This document shows, piece after piece, positions 1 through 9,829 of a DNA stretch of 64,000 nucleotides. The stretch is from contig CBDDBZ010000038.1 of the NCBI GenBank assembly GCA_965225945.1, positions 480,001 through 544,000 of the forward strand. Reading direction: 5' to 3'. Under the pieces are notes generated by a model, which worked only from the letters and a program-made list of their open reading frames with translations, was not told the origin of the DNA and did not search any database. The translations under genes were made by a program, and so were the position numbers. How positions within the stretch are numbered: the stretch's first letter is position 1; each line of letters starts with the position of its first letter. This stretch comes from Alphaproteobacteria bacterium (GTDB taxonomy: Bacteria > Pseudomonadota > Alphaproteobacteria > GCA-2731375).

Positions 1-1266
1 CAGCGGGTTCTCCGCCTCGATCACCTCCACCGGCGTATTGGAGAGGTTGCCGAGCCAGTAGGGCCCGGCGTCCTGTCCGTCCTGGTCGGGGCCGCCGCCA
101 CGCCCGGTCATGTTGTGGAATTCGACATGGAGAAAGCGCTTGCGCTCGGGCGTCAGGCCGGTGACGGAGAGGCCGAACTCGTTACCTCCGGGGCAGGCCG
201 GCATGGCATCGGGGAACAGCTTGACCAGCGCGCCGGTGACCGCGGTACGAACCCGGTAGCCGCCTTGCCCCCGGGCGCCGAGGGCGGCGGGAAAAAGAGG
301 ATTGACCCAACTGCCCTCCGGCGCGATGACCTTGATCGGACGGTAAAAGCCGGCGTTGTTCGGCGTCTCGGGCGGCAGCACGGCACGCAGCGCCGCATAG
401 GTGAGGGAGGCGGTGAACCAGTAGTTGGTATGGAGCGCGCCGCCCATCTGGCCCGAGGTGCCGGTGAAGTCGGCGGTGATCTCGTCGCCCGCGATGGTGA
501 CCTTGACCTGGATCCGGACCGGCCCGCCACCGACCCCGTCGTCGTCGTTCCACTCGGTAAACTCGGCCTCGCCGTCGGGCAGCGCGCGAATGGCGGCGCG
601 CACGAAGCGCTCGGTATAGTCGACCAGCGCCACCATGTAGGTCTTCACCTCCTCGACGCCGTAGGTCGCCACCAGCTTCAGAATCTCGGCTTCGCCCGCG
701 ACCAGTGCCGCGATCTGCGCGCGGATGTCACCCAGCATCTTGTCCGGCACCCGGGTGTTGTGCTCGATCAGGCGAAGCAGGGTCTCGTTGGGCTGGCCGG
801 CCTGGTGGATCTTGCTCGGTGGGATGCGCAGCCCTTCTTGCTGAATTTCGTCGCTGTCGGCGGCCTGGCCTCCGGCGACCCGCCCGCCGAGGTCGGTGTG
901 GTGGAGGATCAAACCCAGGAAGCAGATGCACGCGCCTTCGTGGAACACCGGCTTGTACATGAAGATGTCGTTCAGGTGGCTGCCGCCGGCATAGGGGTCG
1001 TTGTTGGCCAGAATGTCGCCGGGCGCTAACGAATCGCCGAAATAGTCGAGGCAGCCGCGCAGCGCCGGCATCATGGCGCCGAGGTGGCCCGGCAAGGCGA
1101 GCCCCTGCGCCACCATGTCGCCCGCCGCGTCGAAGGTCGCGGCGGAGAAGTCCATGTTGGCCTTGACCAGGGTGGAACGCGAGGTCCTGAGCACCGACAC
1201 CATCATATTGTCGGAGACCATGGTGAGCGCATTCTTGATCAGCTCCAGGCGAATCGGATCGATCAT
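1..1266 (-). CDS. Hydantoinase B/oxoprolinase family protein (runs off the left edge)
   Basis: Translated by hand (absent from the ORF track): starts MIDPIRLELIKNALTMVSDNMMVSVLRTSRS..., contains NDPYAGGSHLNDI, same frame still open at the edge (YWLGNLSNTPVEVIEAENPL). Confidence 0.88.
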   Translation of the reverse strand, partial: MIDPIRLELIKNALTMVSDNMMVSVLRTSRSTLVKANMDFSAATFDAAGDMVAQGLALPGHLGAMMPALRGCLDYFGDSLAPGDILANNDPYAGGSHLNDIFMYKPVFHEGACICFLGLILHHTDLGGRVAGGQAADSDEIQQEGLRIPPSKIHQAGQPNETLLRLIEHNTRVPDKMLGDIRAQIAALVAGEAEILKLVATYGVEEVKTYMVALVDYTERFVRAAIRALPDGEAEFTEWNDDDGVGGGPVRIQVKVTIAGDEITADFTGTSGQMGGALHTNYWFTASLTYAALRAVLPPETPNNAGFYRPIKVIAPEGSWVNPLFPAALGARGQGGYRVRTAVTGALVKLFPDAMPACPGGNEFGLSVTGLTPERKRFLHVEFHNMTGRGGGPDQDGQDAGPYWLGNLSNTPVEVIEAENPL

Positions 1267-1294
1267 GTGGGCATATTTCCCTGGTTCGATGCGC

Positions 1295-3319
1295 TCAAAG
1301 AGCGCGGCAAAGCCGCAAGGCGTCGAGCACCGCGGCATGGATGTTGCGCGAGGCGACCGCATCGCCGATTCGGTGCAATTCGAACCCGCCGTCCCGTCCG
1401 GGCTGCGCCGCGCCGGCCAACAGCGCCTCGATGTCGGTGACCCCGTCGTTCGCCGCTTGGCGCCGGAGTTCGCTGTAGACCGCGTCGAGGGGCACCGTCC
1501 CGCCTTCGACCACGATCCGGTCGGCCAGCCGCTCGCGCACCGCGCCCGTGACCTCGTTGCGGAACGTCGCGGCGAGGCGATTGCCCTGGCCCTCGATCCG
1601 GATCAGCCGCTGATCAACCTCGATCTCCAATCCCAACTCGTAGAGCCGCCGTTTCCAGATCATCCGCTCGGCATAGTTCATCTCCGGCGCGACGGAATCG
1701 TCGAGGGCGACGAAGACGACCCGCCGCCCCGCCGTCGCCAAGCGTTCCGCGGCGCTTGCCGCGCCATGCCGGCCGGTGCCGTCGTAGACGATCACCTCTT
1801 CGCCCGCCGGCACAGGATCGTCGAGCGCGCGCCAGACGTCGGTCGCATGCCCGGCCCCCTCCAGCCAGTCGAGATCGGGCAGGCCACCGGTGGCGACGAT
1901 GACGACGTCGGGCGTCTGGCCAAGGACGTCCGCCGCCTCGGCGTAACGCTCGAGGTGCACGGCGACGCCGAGGCGGTCCAATTCGCGTTCCCGCCACTCG
2001 ACGATGCCGAGGATATCGCGCCGCCAACTGGCGCGGGCGGCAAGGAGGATCTGCCCGCCCAGCGTGGCCGTGGCCTCGAACAGCACCACATCGTGGCCGC
2101 GCTCGCCGCAAACCCGCGCGGCCTCCAGCCCGGCCGGACCGCCCCCCATCACCACAACCTTTCGGCCCGGCCGCTCGGCGCGCGTCACGACTTGCGGCAG
2201 CGTCTCCTCCCGGCCGGTCGCGGCGTTGTGGATGCAGGCGGGGCGGTGTTGGCTCATGCAATGGGTGGCGCCGACGCAGGGGCGGATCCGCGCCTCCTCC
2301 CCACGCAGTAGCTTCTCCACGATGTGCGGATCGGCGATATGGGCGCGCGTCATCGCCACCATGTCGAGATAGCCCTCGGCGATGGCGTGCCGCGCGGTGG
2401 CGATATCGGCGATGCGGGCGGCGTGGAAGACCGGGAGGGCGACCTCGCGCTTGAAGGCGGCGACCGGCCGGAGCCACGGCGCGATTCGTGAGGCCATGCC
2501 CGGCATGTTGTCGGTGGCGAGCGTCATCGCCGTATCCATCCGCCCGTAGATCGCGTTGAAGAAGTCGATTCCGCCTGACGCTTCCAGAATCCGGGCGGCC
2601 GCCAGCGCCTCCTCGGCGCCGAGCCCGTCTTCCAGTGCCTCGTCGACGACCCAGCGGATACCGACGACGAATTCGTCGCCGACCTTGGCACGGATGTTTT
2701 CGTGCACCATCAGCGCGAAGCGGCAACGGTTCTCCAACGAGCCGCCGAAACGGTCGCTGCGATGATTGGTCGCGGGCGAGAGGAACTGGCCGATCAAATG
2801 GCCCCCCGTCAAGGTCTCGATGCCGTCCAGCCCGCCGTCGCGGCAGCGCCGCGCGGCATCGCCGTAGGCTTCCACGACGCGGCGAATATCGTCCTCGTCC
2901 ATCTCCTTCGGGAAACTGCGGTGCAGGGTCTCGCGGATCGCCGTCGGCGCGATGGTGGGCAGCCAGTTGTCGGCATAGGGCTCGCCCCGCCGGCCGAGAT
3001 GGGTGATCTGGCACATCAACGCCGCGCCGTGAGCGTGCACGCGCTCGGCGAACCGGCGGAAATGGGGCACGATGGCGTCGTCGCCGACATAGAGCTGGCG
3101 AAACACCGAGGGGCTGTCGGGCGCGACGTTGGAGGAGCCGCCGAACATGGTGAGCGCGAGGCCGCCCCGGGCCTTCTCCTCGTGGTAGCGCTGATAGCGC
3201 TCGAGCGGTAGACCGCCTTCCTCCAGCCCGCAGGCGTGGCTGGTGCTCATCACCCGGTTGCGCAGTCGGAGCCCCTTGAGCGTCAGCGGGCGGAGCAGGG
3301 GATCGCTCAATCTCGGCAC
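1295..3319 (-). CDS. NADH:flavin oxidoreductase (Old Yellow Enzyme TIM barrel plus Fe-S/FAD domain), DgcA/StcD-like N-demethylase family
   Basis: LRNRVMSTSH, GHLIGQFLSPATNHRSDRFGGSLENR, RPCVGATHC..CIHN, GGGPAGLEAA. Confidence 0.88.
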   Translation of the reverse strand: MPRLSDPLLRPLTLKGLRLRNRVMSTSHACGLEEGGLPLERYQRYHEEKARGGLALTMFGGSSNVAPDSPSVFRQLYVGDDAIVPHFRRFAERVHAHGAALMCQITHLGRRGEPYADNWLPTIAPTAIRETLHRSFPKEMDEDDIRRVVEAYGDAARRCRDGGLDGIETLTGGHLIGQFLSPATNHRSDRFGGSLENRCRFALMVHENIRAKVGDEFVVGIRWVVDEALEDGLGAEEALAAARILEASGGIDFFNAIYGRMDTAMTLATDNMPGMASRIAPWLRPVAAFKREVALPVFHAARIADIATARHAIAEGYLDMVAMTRAHIADPHIVEKLLRGEEARIRPCVGATHCMSQHRPACIHNAATGREETLPQVVTRAERPGRKVVVMGGGPAGLEAARVCGERGHDVVLFEATATLGGQILLAARASWRRDILGIVEWRERELDRLGVAVHLERYAEAADVLGQTPDVVIVATGGLPDLDWLEGAGHATDVWRALDDPVPAGEEVIVYDGTGRHGAASAAERLATAGRRVVFVALDDSVAPEMNYAERMIWKRRLYELGLEIEVDQRLIRIEGQGNRLAATFRNEVTGAVRERLADRIVVEGGTVPLDAVYSELRRQAANDGVTDIEALLAGAAQPGRDGGFELHRIGDAVASRNIHAAVLDALRLCRAL

Positions 3320-3328
3320 CTCCCGGCG

Positions 3329-3592
3329 TCAAAGGCCGGCGAAACCGGCATCGCCCAGCACTTGCCTCGGGATCATCAGGCGGGCCGCCATCATCGGCCG
3401 GGGCGAGGTGCCGATCCCGGGTTCGCCCACGAGATCGAGCAGCATATAGGCCTCCTCGCGATTCAACCCGGTGTTCTCGGCGACGAATTCGACGCTGGCG
3501 CGCGAGGCGTCCTCCGTCGCCTCCTCGTCCGGTTGGATATGCATCTCGGGCGGCGTGTTGGGGTTGACGCTGAACATGTAGGCCCGGGCCAT
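3329..3592 (-). CDS. Small protein resembling the C-terminal domain of acetamidase/formamidase (possible remnant)
   Basis: G-rich RBS before ATG 3592; TGLNREEAYMLLDLVG...ARLMIPR resembles the acetamidase C-terminus. Confidence 0.4.
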   Translation of the reverse strand: MARAYMFSVNPNTPPEMHIQPDEEATEDASRASVEFVAENTGLNREEAYMLLDLVGEPGIGTSPRPMMAARLMIPRQVLGDAGFAGL

Positions 3593-3632
3593 CGCGCTTT
3601 CCCCCTTTGTTTTGTCGGATGATCGGATATGG

Positions 3633-5720
3633 CTACTCGGCGGCTTCCCTGACGCCCGCTTCGACGCGGAGCCAGACGGCGGTGTCGTGGAAGCCGGCGC
3701 CGCCACCGGGCGGCAGGGGGTCCGCGCCGATCAGGTGATTGATCCCCAAGCCGTCGGGAAAATCGCGGTTGGGCCAGACGCCCTCGACGACCAGGGTGCC
3801 CGGGTGCAGCCCATCGAACAGCATCGCGTGCAGCACCACCTCGCCGCGCCGGTTGCCGAGCCGGACCGCCATCCCGTCGGCGATGGCGAGGCGGTCGGCG
3901 TCCTCGGGGTGGATCCTCACCGTCGGTCGCGCCTCCCGCGCGCGCGAGCCCGGGGTCTCGGTGAAGCTGGAGTTGAGGAAACTACGGGCGGGCGGCGCCA
4001 CCATGCGGAAGGGGTGTTCCACCGATGCGCGCTCGATCAGGTCGGCGAAGTCGACCATCTCCGGCAGGCGCTCGGCGTAGGGGCCGAGCGCCGCCCAGTC
4101 GGGCCGGAAGCGGAAGCGGCCACTCGGGTTGGGGAAGCCATTGGTGAAATGGCCTTCGTCGAAGTCTGGCCCCCGCTCGACATAGCCGCGCTTCCAGGCC
4201 GCTTCCGCCGTGCCGAGGCCGGAGGCCTGGAGCGTCGCGTCCACCAGCTCCCAGGCGCTCATGGCGAAGCCCGGATGCGCGGCGCCCAGCCGCTCGGCCA
4301 AGCCGCAAATGACCTCGTGGTTGGCGCGGCACTCCGCGTGGGGCTCCAGCACCCGGCGGCCGACCGTGATCGCGGTGTGGCCGAGGCCGTAATAGATGTC
4401 GTCGTGTTCCAGGAACATCGAGGCCGGTAGCACGATGTCGGCGCACTCGGCGGTCGAGGTCATGAACTGCTCGTGGACGCAAAGGAACAGGTCCTCGCGG
4501 GTCAGGCCGCGCCGCACCAGAGCGCTGTCCGGCGCCACGTTGGCGGAGTTGGCGTTCTGCATCACCATCGCCGTCACCGGCGGCCCGCCCTTCAGCGCCT
4601 CGGGGTCGTTATTGAGCACCGGGCCGATCCGCGCCTGATCCAATAGGCGGACCGAGGAGTCGATGCGATCCGTCGCGTGGGCCAGGCGGAGATCGAGCTT
4701 CCAATTGTCGAGATTGAGGAAGAAGGCGCCGCCGCCCCGGTGCCGCCAGGCCCCGCTCACCGCCGGGAGCGCGGTGACGGCGTGCATGTTGGGGGCGCCG
4801 TTGCGCGAGCGGGTGAAGCCGAAGCCGAGGCGGAGGAAGGCGCGTTCCGTGGCGCCGTAGAGGCGGGCGAAGTCACGGATGGTGTCGGCGTCGAGCCCGG
4901 TGATCGCCGCCGCCCATTCCGGCGTCCGGGCCGCGAGGTGCGCCTCCACGCCCGCGTCGAAATCGCTGTGGCTCGCCAGGAAGTCGCGATCGGCCAGCCC
5001 CTCGGCCAGCATCACCTGCATCATCGCGCAGGCGAGCGCCGCGTCGGTGCCGGGGCGAAGCACGATGGCGACATCGGCCGCCTCGATCGTCGGCGTCCGG
5101 TAGCAGTCGACGACGGCGAGTTTGGCCCCACGCTCCTTCCGCGCGCGCTGAATGTGGCGCATCAGGTTGACTTGGGTGGAGACCGGATTGCCGCCCCAGA
5201 CCACGATCAGGTCGGCGTTTGCGATCTCGCGCGGATCGGTGCCGCGCAACTCCCCGACGCCGGCCCGCCAGCCGGGGTCCGCCGCGCCGACGCAAATCGT
5301 CGTCTTCTGCCGGGAATAGCCCATGACGTTCCTGAGACGATCGAGGCCGTAGCGCTGGATGATTCCCATGGTGCCGCCGGAGTGGTAGGGCCAGACCGCC
5401 TCGCGGCCTTGGCCCCCGGTGGCGCGCACGAAGGCCCCGGCGATCTCGTCGAGCGCCGCATCCCAGGAAATCGGGCGAAATTCGCCGTCGCCCTTGGCGC
5501 CCACGCGTTGCAGCGGCCGCGTCAGGCGGTCCGGGTGATGCACGCGCTCGGCGTAGCGGGCGACCTTGGCGCAGACCACGCCGTCGGTGTAGTCGAAGTC
5601 GCGCGCGCCCCGGACCCGACCGATCCGGTTCCGCGCCAGGCGTTCGACCTCGAGCACACAGGCGCTGGGACAGTCGTGCGGGCAGGCGGTTTTCAGAATT
5701 TCCGGCACGGATGAGGTCAA
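3633..5720 (-). CDS. Molybdopterin (DMSO reductase family) oxidoreductase
   Basis: TACPHDCPSAC Fe-S motif, CAKV, HPDRLTRPL, ADIVLPA, C-terminal IHPEDA molydop-binding domain; start approximate (TTG 5720 or GTG 5708). Confidence 0.88.
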   Translation of the reverse strand: MTSSVPEILKTACPHDCPSACVLEVERLARNRIGRVRGARDFDYTDGVVCAKVARYAERVHHPDRLTRPLQRVGAKGDGEFRPISWDAALDEIAGAFVRATGGQGREAVWPYHSGGTMGIIQRYGLDRLRNVMGYSRQKTTICVGAADPGWRAGVGELRGTDPREIANADLIVVWGGNPVSTQVNLMRHIQRARKERGAKLAVVDCYRTPTIEAADVAIVLRPGTDAALACAMMQVMLAEGLADRDFLASHSDFDAGVEAHLAARTPEWAAAITGLDADTIRDFARLYGATERAFLRLGFGFTRSRNGAPNMHAVTALPAVSGAWRHRGGGAFFLNLDNWKLDLRLAHATDRIDSSVRLLDQARIGPVLNNDPEALKGGPPVTAMVMQNANSANVAPDSALVRRGLTREDLFLCVHEQFMTSTAECADIVLPASMFLEHDDIYYGLGHTAITVGRRVLEPHAECRANHEVICGLAERLGAAHPGFAMSAWELVDATLQASGLGTAEAAWKRGYVERGPDFDEGHFTNGFPNPSGRFRFRPDWAALGPYAERLPEMVDFADLIERASVEHPFRMVAPPARSFLNSSFTETPGSRAREARPTVRIHPEDADRLAIADGMAVRLGNRRGEVVLHAMLFDGLHPGTLVVEGVWPNRDFPDGLGINHLIGADPLPPGGGAGFHDTAVWLRVEAGVREAAE

Positions 5721-5888
5721 GGGCGCTCGCTTCCGGTTCGATCTCAAGGTCCCTGGGCGAGGGGACCGCGTTCCACCGCGCATGGTGCCTCCCGGAGCGA
5801 CGGCGCGCAAGCCGCGTTGCCGGCGGCGGCGATTTCGACGACCATCACCGACGAGATTGATTTTGGCGGGAGGCGGGAGGAAGCGGAG

Positions 5889-6716
5889 ATGGCGGAACGC
5901 GCGCGGCTCGACCATGCGGTAATCAAAGTCGGCTTCGAGATGGACACGGCCCAGGCGATCTTCACCGATCTGGGATTCTCGCTGACGAAACGCGGCTATC
6001 ACAGCCTCGGCTCGATCAACCATCTGATGATGTTCGACACCGACTATTTGGAGTTGATCGGCCTCCCCGCCGGGGTCGCGCACGATCGCCCGGATATCTC
6101 CGGCGCGCCGCACGGCATCAACGGCCTCGTCTTCAAGACCGACGATGTCGATCGGACCTTCGCGCATCTACGGGCGCTCGACATGGACGGCGCGGCGCCC
6201 AATGCCTTCAGCCGCCCGGTCACCCTGCCCGACGGCACCTTCGATGCCCGCTTCCGCACGGTGCACGTCCGACCGGATGTGTTTCCCGGCGGGCGGGTCT
6301 ATTTCTGCGAGCATGGAACGCCGGAATTGGTCTGGCGTCCGGAGTGGCAACGCCACGCCAACGAGGCCCGGGCGATGGCGGAGTTCGTCGTGGTCGACGG
6401 CGACGTCGAGGGCGCGGCGCGGCGCTTCGCCCAACTGCTGAATTGCGAAGCCACGGGCGATGCTCGGGTGGCCGATGTCGCCTACCAGGGCGGCCGCATC
6501 CGGGTGATGACGCCTGCCGCCTACGGGGCGCGTTACGGTGCGCTGGCGTCCGCGATGGGGGGGCGGGACTCGATCTTCGGCGCCATCGTCTTTCGCGTCG
6601 CCGATCTGGCGGCGGTCCGTCGCCTCGCCGCCGAGATGGACACGGCGAAGGTCGAGTCCGACCGCGTTGTGATCCGCGAGCCCACGTTCGACAGCGTGCT
6701 GGAGTTTATCGGCTAA
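5889..6716 (+). CDS. VOC/glyoxalase-like family protein
   Basis: RLDHAVI..LGFSLTKRGYHSLGSINHLMMFDTDYLEL; FCEHGTPELVW. Confidence 0.8.
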   Translation: MAERARLDHAVIKVGFEMDTAQAIFTDLGFSLTKRGYHSLGSINHLMMFDTDYLELIGLPAGVAHDRPDISGAPHGINGLVFKTDDVDRTFAHLRALDMDGAAPNAFSRPVTLPDGTFDARFRTVHVRPDVFPGGRVYFCEHGTPELVWRPEWQRHANEARAMAEFVVVDGDVEGAARRFAQLLNCEATGDARVADVAYQGGRIRVMTPAAYGARYGALASAMGGRDSIFGAIVFRVADLAAVRRLAAEMDTAKVESDRVVIREPTFDSVLEFIG

Positions 6717-6769
6717 CCCCTGATCCGCGCCCCGACGCTCCGGCATGGGCGGCCCGCGCGGCGGCTCGA

Positions 6770-8788
6770 CTAGCCGCCTCGGAGCGACGGGACGACCTTG
6801 CGAAGCTCGACCAGGCCGTCGTCGCGGGTCCGGATCATGTCGAGGCCGCTAGCGCCGAGGTGGAGTGCGTCGCTCTCCTGCCCCTCGGCGATCTGGACCC
6901 AGCCCCGAAGCACCGCGCCCTGCCCGCCGGTGATCTCGACCAAGCCGCCGGCTTCCACCTCGAGGCGCAGGGCGAGGTCCGGGGCCAGACGGAAGATTCT
7001 CTTGACGCCCTCGAAGATCTCCTCGTTCGCCGGCGCCAGCCGGACCAGGACGCGCCTCCCCCGCAACGCCTCTCGCAGCACCTCCGTCGCCCTGCCGTCG
7101 ATCGCGCCCGCGCCGTCCAGCACCACGCCGTAGCGCCGTTGGGCCTCTTCCACCTTCAGGTAGCCCTCGGACACGTCTTCGAGCACGCGATCGGGGGCGC
7201 GTTCCAGCGGATCGCCGGCCCCGCCGCCGCCCGAGGATTCGATCCGGACGATGTCGCCCGGGCGAAGCGGAAAGCCCGAGACCTTGCCGGGCACCGGCGA
7301 AGGCTCGATCACCGCGTCATCGCGCACCACGGTGAAGCGGTTGCCGGCGCCCGGCCCCCCGCCGTCGACGCCGGCCGGCGGCAGCATGTTCTTCTCCGAG
7401 AGCACCGACATCACCGCGCCCTCGCCGAGCACCCGGATGTCGCGGCGCAGGCCCAAGCCGCCCCGGTCGCGGCCGTCGCCACCCTGCCCCTCGCGCAGCT
7501 CGCAGCGCTCGATCCTGAGCGGAAAGAGCGATTCCACCACCTCCGAGGAGTTGATCGAGTTGAAGTCGCCCTCGCTGAAATAGCGGGCGGCGTTGTTGCC
7601 GTCGCCGAAGCCGGAGGCCCCGGTGCCGCCCGCTGGCCATTCGTAGAGCAGGTAGATGCCGTCGCGGTCCGGATTTGGGCCGGAGACATAGACGTGGTTG
7701 CCGCCGCCCTTGTTGTCGCCGGTCGCCATCTCGGGCACCGCCTGGCTCATCGCCGCCGTCACCACCGTGTCCATCAGCGCCTTGCATTCCACCATGCCGC
7801 CGCAGGGCGCCGGATAGCGGGCGTTGATGAAGCTTCGCTCCGGCGCGATCACGGTGATGGCTGCGAAGGCGCCGTGGTTGATCGGCGTCGAGGGATCGAG
7901 GAAGGATTTGACGATGGTGCCGACGGCATTGAGGGCCATGGCGGGGCCGACGTTGGTCGGCCCGTTGGTCTGTGGCGAGGTCCCGGTGAAGTCGGCGGTG
8001 AGCTCCTCGCCCCGGATCGTCAGGCTCAGGCGGACGACCAGCGGGTCCGGGTTGTGGCCGTCGCTCTCGATATAGCCCTCGGCCCGGTAGACGCCGTCGG
8101 GGCAGTCGCGGATCCGCGCCCGCATCAGCGCCTCCGATTTGGCGAAGATGGTCTCGACGTCCGCCATCAGCGCGCCGCCGAAGCGTTCGAACAGGCGCTC
8201 GACATGCTCCGCCGCCTTGCGGCAGGTGCCGAGCATGGTGTTGAAGTCGCCGCGGCGTTCCTGCTGGCCGCGCATGTTGTTGAACATCAGCTCCAGGAAC
8301 GCCGTGTTCATCCGGCCCTTGTGGCAAATCCGCGTCGGCTCGATCCGGATGCCCTCCTGGATGATCTCGTCGACGCGGCCGGAAAGGCTGCCGGGTGTCA
8401 TGCCGCCGACGTCGCCCCAATGACACCGCGCGGCGGCGAACATCACCAGCGCGCCCTGGTGGAAGACGGGATAGAGCATCAGCACGTCGTTCAGGTGCGT
8501 GCCGCCGGTGTAGGGATCATTGTGAAAGAAGATGTCGCCTTCATTGATGTCGCCGGCGAAGGCGCGCGCGACCTCGCGGGTCGAATAGGGCACGGGAAAG
8601 ATGTGGAGGGGATGATCGTCCAGCGATTGCGCCACCTGGCGGCCGTCGGCGCTCATCAAGCCGCAGGAAAAGTCGTGCCCTTCGTATATGATCGAGGAAT
8701 AGGAAGCGTGGATGATGTTGGCCCGCATCTCGTTGACGACGGCGACCAGGGATTCGCGGATTAGCTCCAGGCGGACGGGATCTTCCAT
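6770..8788 (-). CDS. Hydantoinase B/oxoprolinase family protein with an extra C-terminal domain
   Basis: DPVRLELIRESL, NDPYTGGTHLNDV, HWGDVGG, QEGIRI, GGGGAGDPLER. Confidence 0.9.
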   Translation of the reverse strand: MEDPVRLELIRESLVAVVNEMRANIIHASYSSIIYEGHDFSCGLMSADGRQVAQSLDDHPLHIFPVPYSTREVARAFAGDINEGDIFFHNDPYTGGTHLNDVLMLYPVFHQGALVMFAAARCHWGDVGGMTPGSLSGRVDEIIQEGIRIEPTRICHKGRMNTAFLELMFNNMRGQQERRGDFNTMLGTCRKAAEHVERLFERFGGALMADVETIFAKSEALMRARIRDCPDGVYRAEGYIESDGHNPDPLVVRLSLTIRGEELTADFTGTSPQTNGPTNVGPAMALNAVGTIVKSFLDPSTPINHGAFAAITVIAPERSFINARYPAPCGGMVECKALMDTVVTAAMSQAVPEMATGDNKGGGNHVYVSGPNPDRDGIYLLYEWPAGGTGASGFGDGNNAARYFSEGDFNSINSSEVVESLFPLRIERCELREGQGGDGRDRGGLGLRRDIRVLGEGAVMSVLSEKNMLPPAGVDGGGPGAGNRFTVVRDDAVIEPSPVPGKVSGFPLRPGDIVRIESSGGGGAGDPLERAPDRVLEDVSEGYLKVEEAQRRYGVVLDGAGAIDGRATEVLREALRGRRVLVRLAPANEEIFEGVKRIFRLAPDLALRLEVEAGGLVEITGGQGAVLRGWVQIAEGQESDALHLGASGLDMIRTRDDGLVELRKVVPSLRGG

Positions 8789-8840
8789 GCGTGGCGGCCT
8801 CGCGGGACTTCGAATTGGGCCATCCTAGCGGAGCGGACGG

Positions 8841-8910
8841 AAGGGCCGGCCACCCCCGGTGGCGTGGAGGGGACAAAGGGCCGGCCACCCCCGGTGGCGT
8901 GGAGGGGACA
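8841..8910. repeat. Perfect 35-bp tandem duplication in a divergent intergenic region
   Basis: AAGGGCCGGCCACCCCCGGTGGCGTGGAGGGGACA at 8841-8875 and 8876-8910; internal hairpin GCCACC-ccc-GGTGGC. Confidence 0.92.
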
Positions 8911-8925
8911 AGAGGAGAGGGACGA

Positions 8926-9819
8926 ATGCGAGAAGATTTGCCGGTCTGGCGCTCGATGATGTTCGTGCCGGCGAACGTGGCCAGGTTCGTCGAGAAGGCG
9001 CACACCCGTGGCGCCGACGCCATCATCATCGACCTGGAGGATAGCGTCGTTCCGGCCGAGAAGGCCGCCGCCCGCAAGCTGGTGCCGGAAGTCGCGGCCA
9101 AGGTGAGCCGGGACGGCGCCGACGTCATCGTCCGGATCAACCGGCCCTGGCGCCTGGCGGTGCGCGACATCGAGGCCTCGGTCTCGCCGGCGATCCACAC
9201 GCTCGCGCTGCCGAAGGTGGCGGACGGCGGCCACATCCGCGCCGTCGCCGAGATCTGCGACGAGCTGGAGGCCGAGCGCGCCATGACGCCCGGCCACACC
9301 AAGTTCCTGGCCATGGTGGAAACCACGGACGCCCTCTTCCATGCCCGCGACATCGCCGGCGCCCACGAACGCATCATCGGCATGGTGCTCGGAAGCGAGG
9401 ATTTCGCCCTCGATGCCGGCATGGCGCCGGACGTGGACGGGCTCTATCCGCCGACGCTCGAATGCGTCTTCGCCGCGCGGGCGGCGGGCATCATGCCGCT
9501 GGGCTTCCTCGGCTCGATCGCCAATTTCGGCGATCTCGACGCCTTTCGCGCCCTGATCCAGCGGTCGCGTTCCTTGGGCTTCGTCGCCTCGTCCTGCATC
9601 CACCCCGCTCAGGTGCCAATCCTGAACGAGCTCTACGGACCGAGCCCGGAAGAGGTGGCGCATGCGCGCCGCGTGGTCGATGGCTTCCGCGAGGCCGAGG
9701 CGGCGGGGCGCGGCTCGTTCCAGCTCGACGGCCGGATGATCGACATCCCCGTCGTGGTGCGCGCCGAACGCCTGCTGGCCCGCCACGAGGCGCTGGAGGC
9801 CCGCGCCGCCGCCGACTAG
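8926..9819 (+). CDS. CoA ester lyase (CitE/HpcH-HpaI; citryl/malyl-CoA lyase family)
   Basis: RSMMFVPAN, ADAIIIDLEDSV, VRIN, GSEDF, CIHPAQV, GRMIDIPVV. Confidence 0.9.
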   Translation: MREDLPVWRSMMFVPANVARFVEKAHTRGADAIIIDLEDSVVPAEKAAARKLVPEVAAKVSRDGADVIVRINRPWRLAVRDIEASVSPAIHTLALPKVADGGHIRAVAEICDELEAERAMTPGHTKFLAMVETTDALFHARDIAGAHERIIGMVLGSEDFALDAGMAPDVDGLYPPTLECVFAARAAGIMPLGFLGSIANFGDLDAFRALIQRSRSLGFVASSCIHPAQVPILNELYGPSPEEVAHARRVVDGFREAEAAGRGSFQLDGRMIDIPVVVRAERLLARHEALEARAAAD

Positions 9820-9829
9820 GAGGAATCCA

